This document shows positions 63,186-64,000 of a stretch of 64,000 nt of DNA, piece by piece. The stretch lies in contig NC_087246.1 in assembly GCF_037042905.1 (NCBI RefSeq), positions 34,224,001 through 34,288,000 on the forward strand, in the 5' to 3' direction. This DNA comes from Lytechinus pictus (Eukaryota). The notes below the pieces were generated by a model. The model made no database searches. It had not been told where the DNA came from and saw nothing but the letters and a program-made list of their open reading frames with translations. The position numbers were made by a program, and so were the translations under genes. Position 1 is the stretch's first letter, and the number at the start of each line of letters is the position of its first letter.

Positions 63186-64000
63186 GCAATTACAACAAAC
63201 ATCATCACTGTTTGAATGCATTTCCTCTTACGATCTACAGTAGATCGGAACTCCCTACTCAATTAATACCAATATCCCTGCTGAAAAGTACAAAGTAGTG
63301 TCATGCAGTGTGATTAGACTCTGCTCACAGTGTGTTTACACTTTTGACTACACAGAGATGTAATTGTTGAAATGCTCAAATATAACACATTAGAATTATT
63401 GTACTTTATGTTGTTTCTAGCATGGATATAGGCTTGCCTCCTGATAACTGGATATTTTTTGTGACGTGAAAAGAACTCTTACATATACATGGTTCAATCA
63501 CTGTCTTGAAGAATGAGGTCTAGTGCACTTTCCGTTATTCCTCCTCCTCCTCTGAAAGAAAAAAAAAACAGCACCCACCAGGTAAAGCAGAAAGAGCAAC
63601 CAGTTGCGTTTCAAATAGGAACTTAATACCCCCTTCTCCATTTGCAAGAGTCGGGTGAGTGGAAAGCGGGTAAGAATTTGGTATATGATCTTGGTAGGGG
63701 TGTATCAGTTCACCTCTCCCACTCCCTGGCGATTAAGGTAGGCGGTTAACATAGTTCCCATTAGGTCAACCGTGATCCCTTTATAGACACATGATCCAGC
63801 TGGGAGACGTGGCTATACTGTTGTAACGGCAATTCGCTGCTGCGTCGCCGCGCCGTATCATGAAGAACATTAAAGTACCAATGTCATACTGCCATGTTAG
63901 ATGCCGAGCTCACAATTCATGAGCAGACAAGGCTTACGACGTGCTCTGAAAGATAGCCTCGAGGTGAAGTCAGCCCCTGATTTACCGCCAATTTAAGCAA

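Overview
AT-rich eukaryotic, repeat-rich DNA, probably a marine invertebrate; the repeat families look sea-urchin-like, which is an inference. I could not support any host protein-coding gene. The core (24092-47673) is a ~23.6-kb tandem array of 48 full-length initiator tRNA-Met (CAT) gene copies, all on the minus strand. Of these, 27 are identical and 21 carry substitutions, including one with the anticodon changed to CAC. The array also holds 8 internally deleted pseudogenes and decayed mid-spacer tRNA relics, and it is organised into a ~3.86-kb higher-order repeat. Near its edges the array is interrupted by a 5'-truncated Rex1/Babar-type non-LTR retrotransposon, a frameshifted Tc1 (DD34E) element, two MITEs and a LINE-tail-like fragment. 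The retrotransposon has an intact RT ORF and a long, G-U-rich, strand-specific hairpin in its 3' UTR. The flanks contain nested MITEs, two tRNA-derived SINEs, microsatellites and two assembly gaps.
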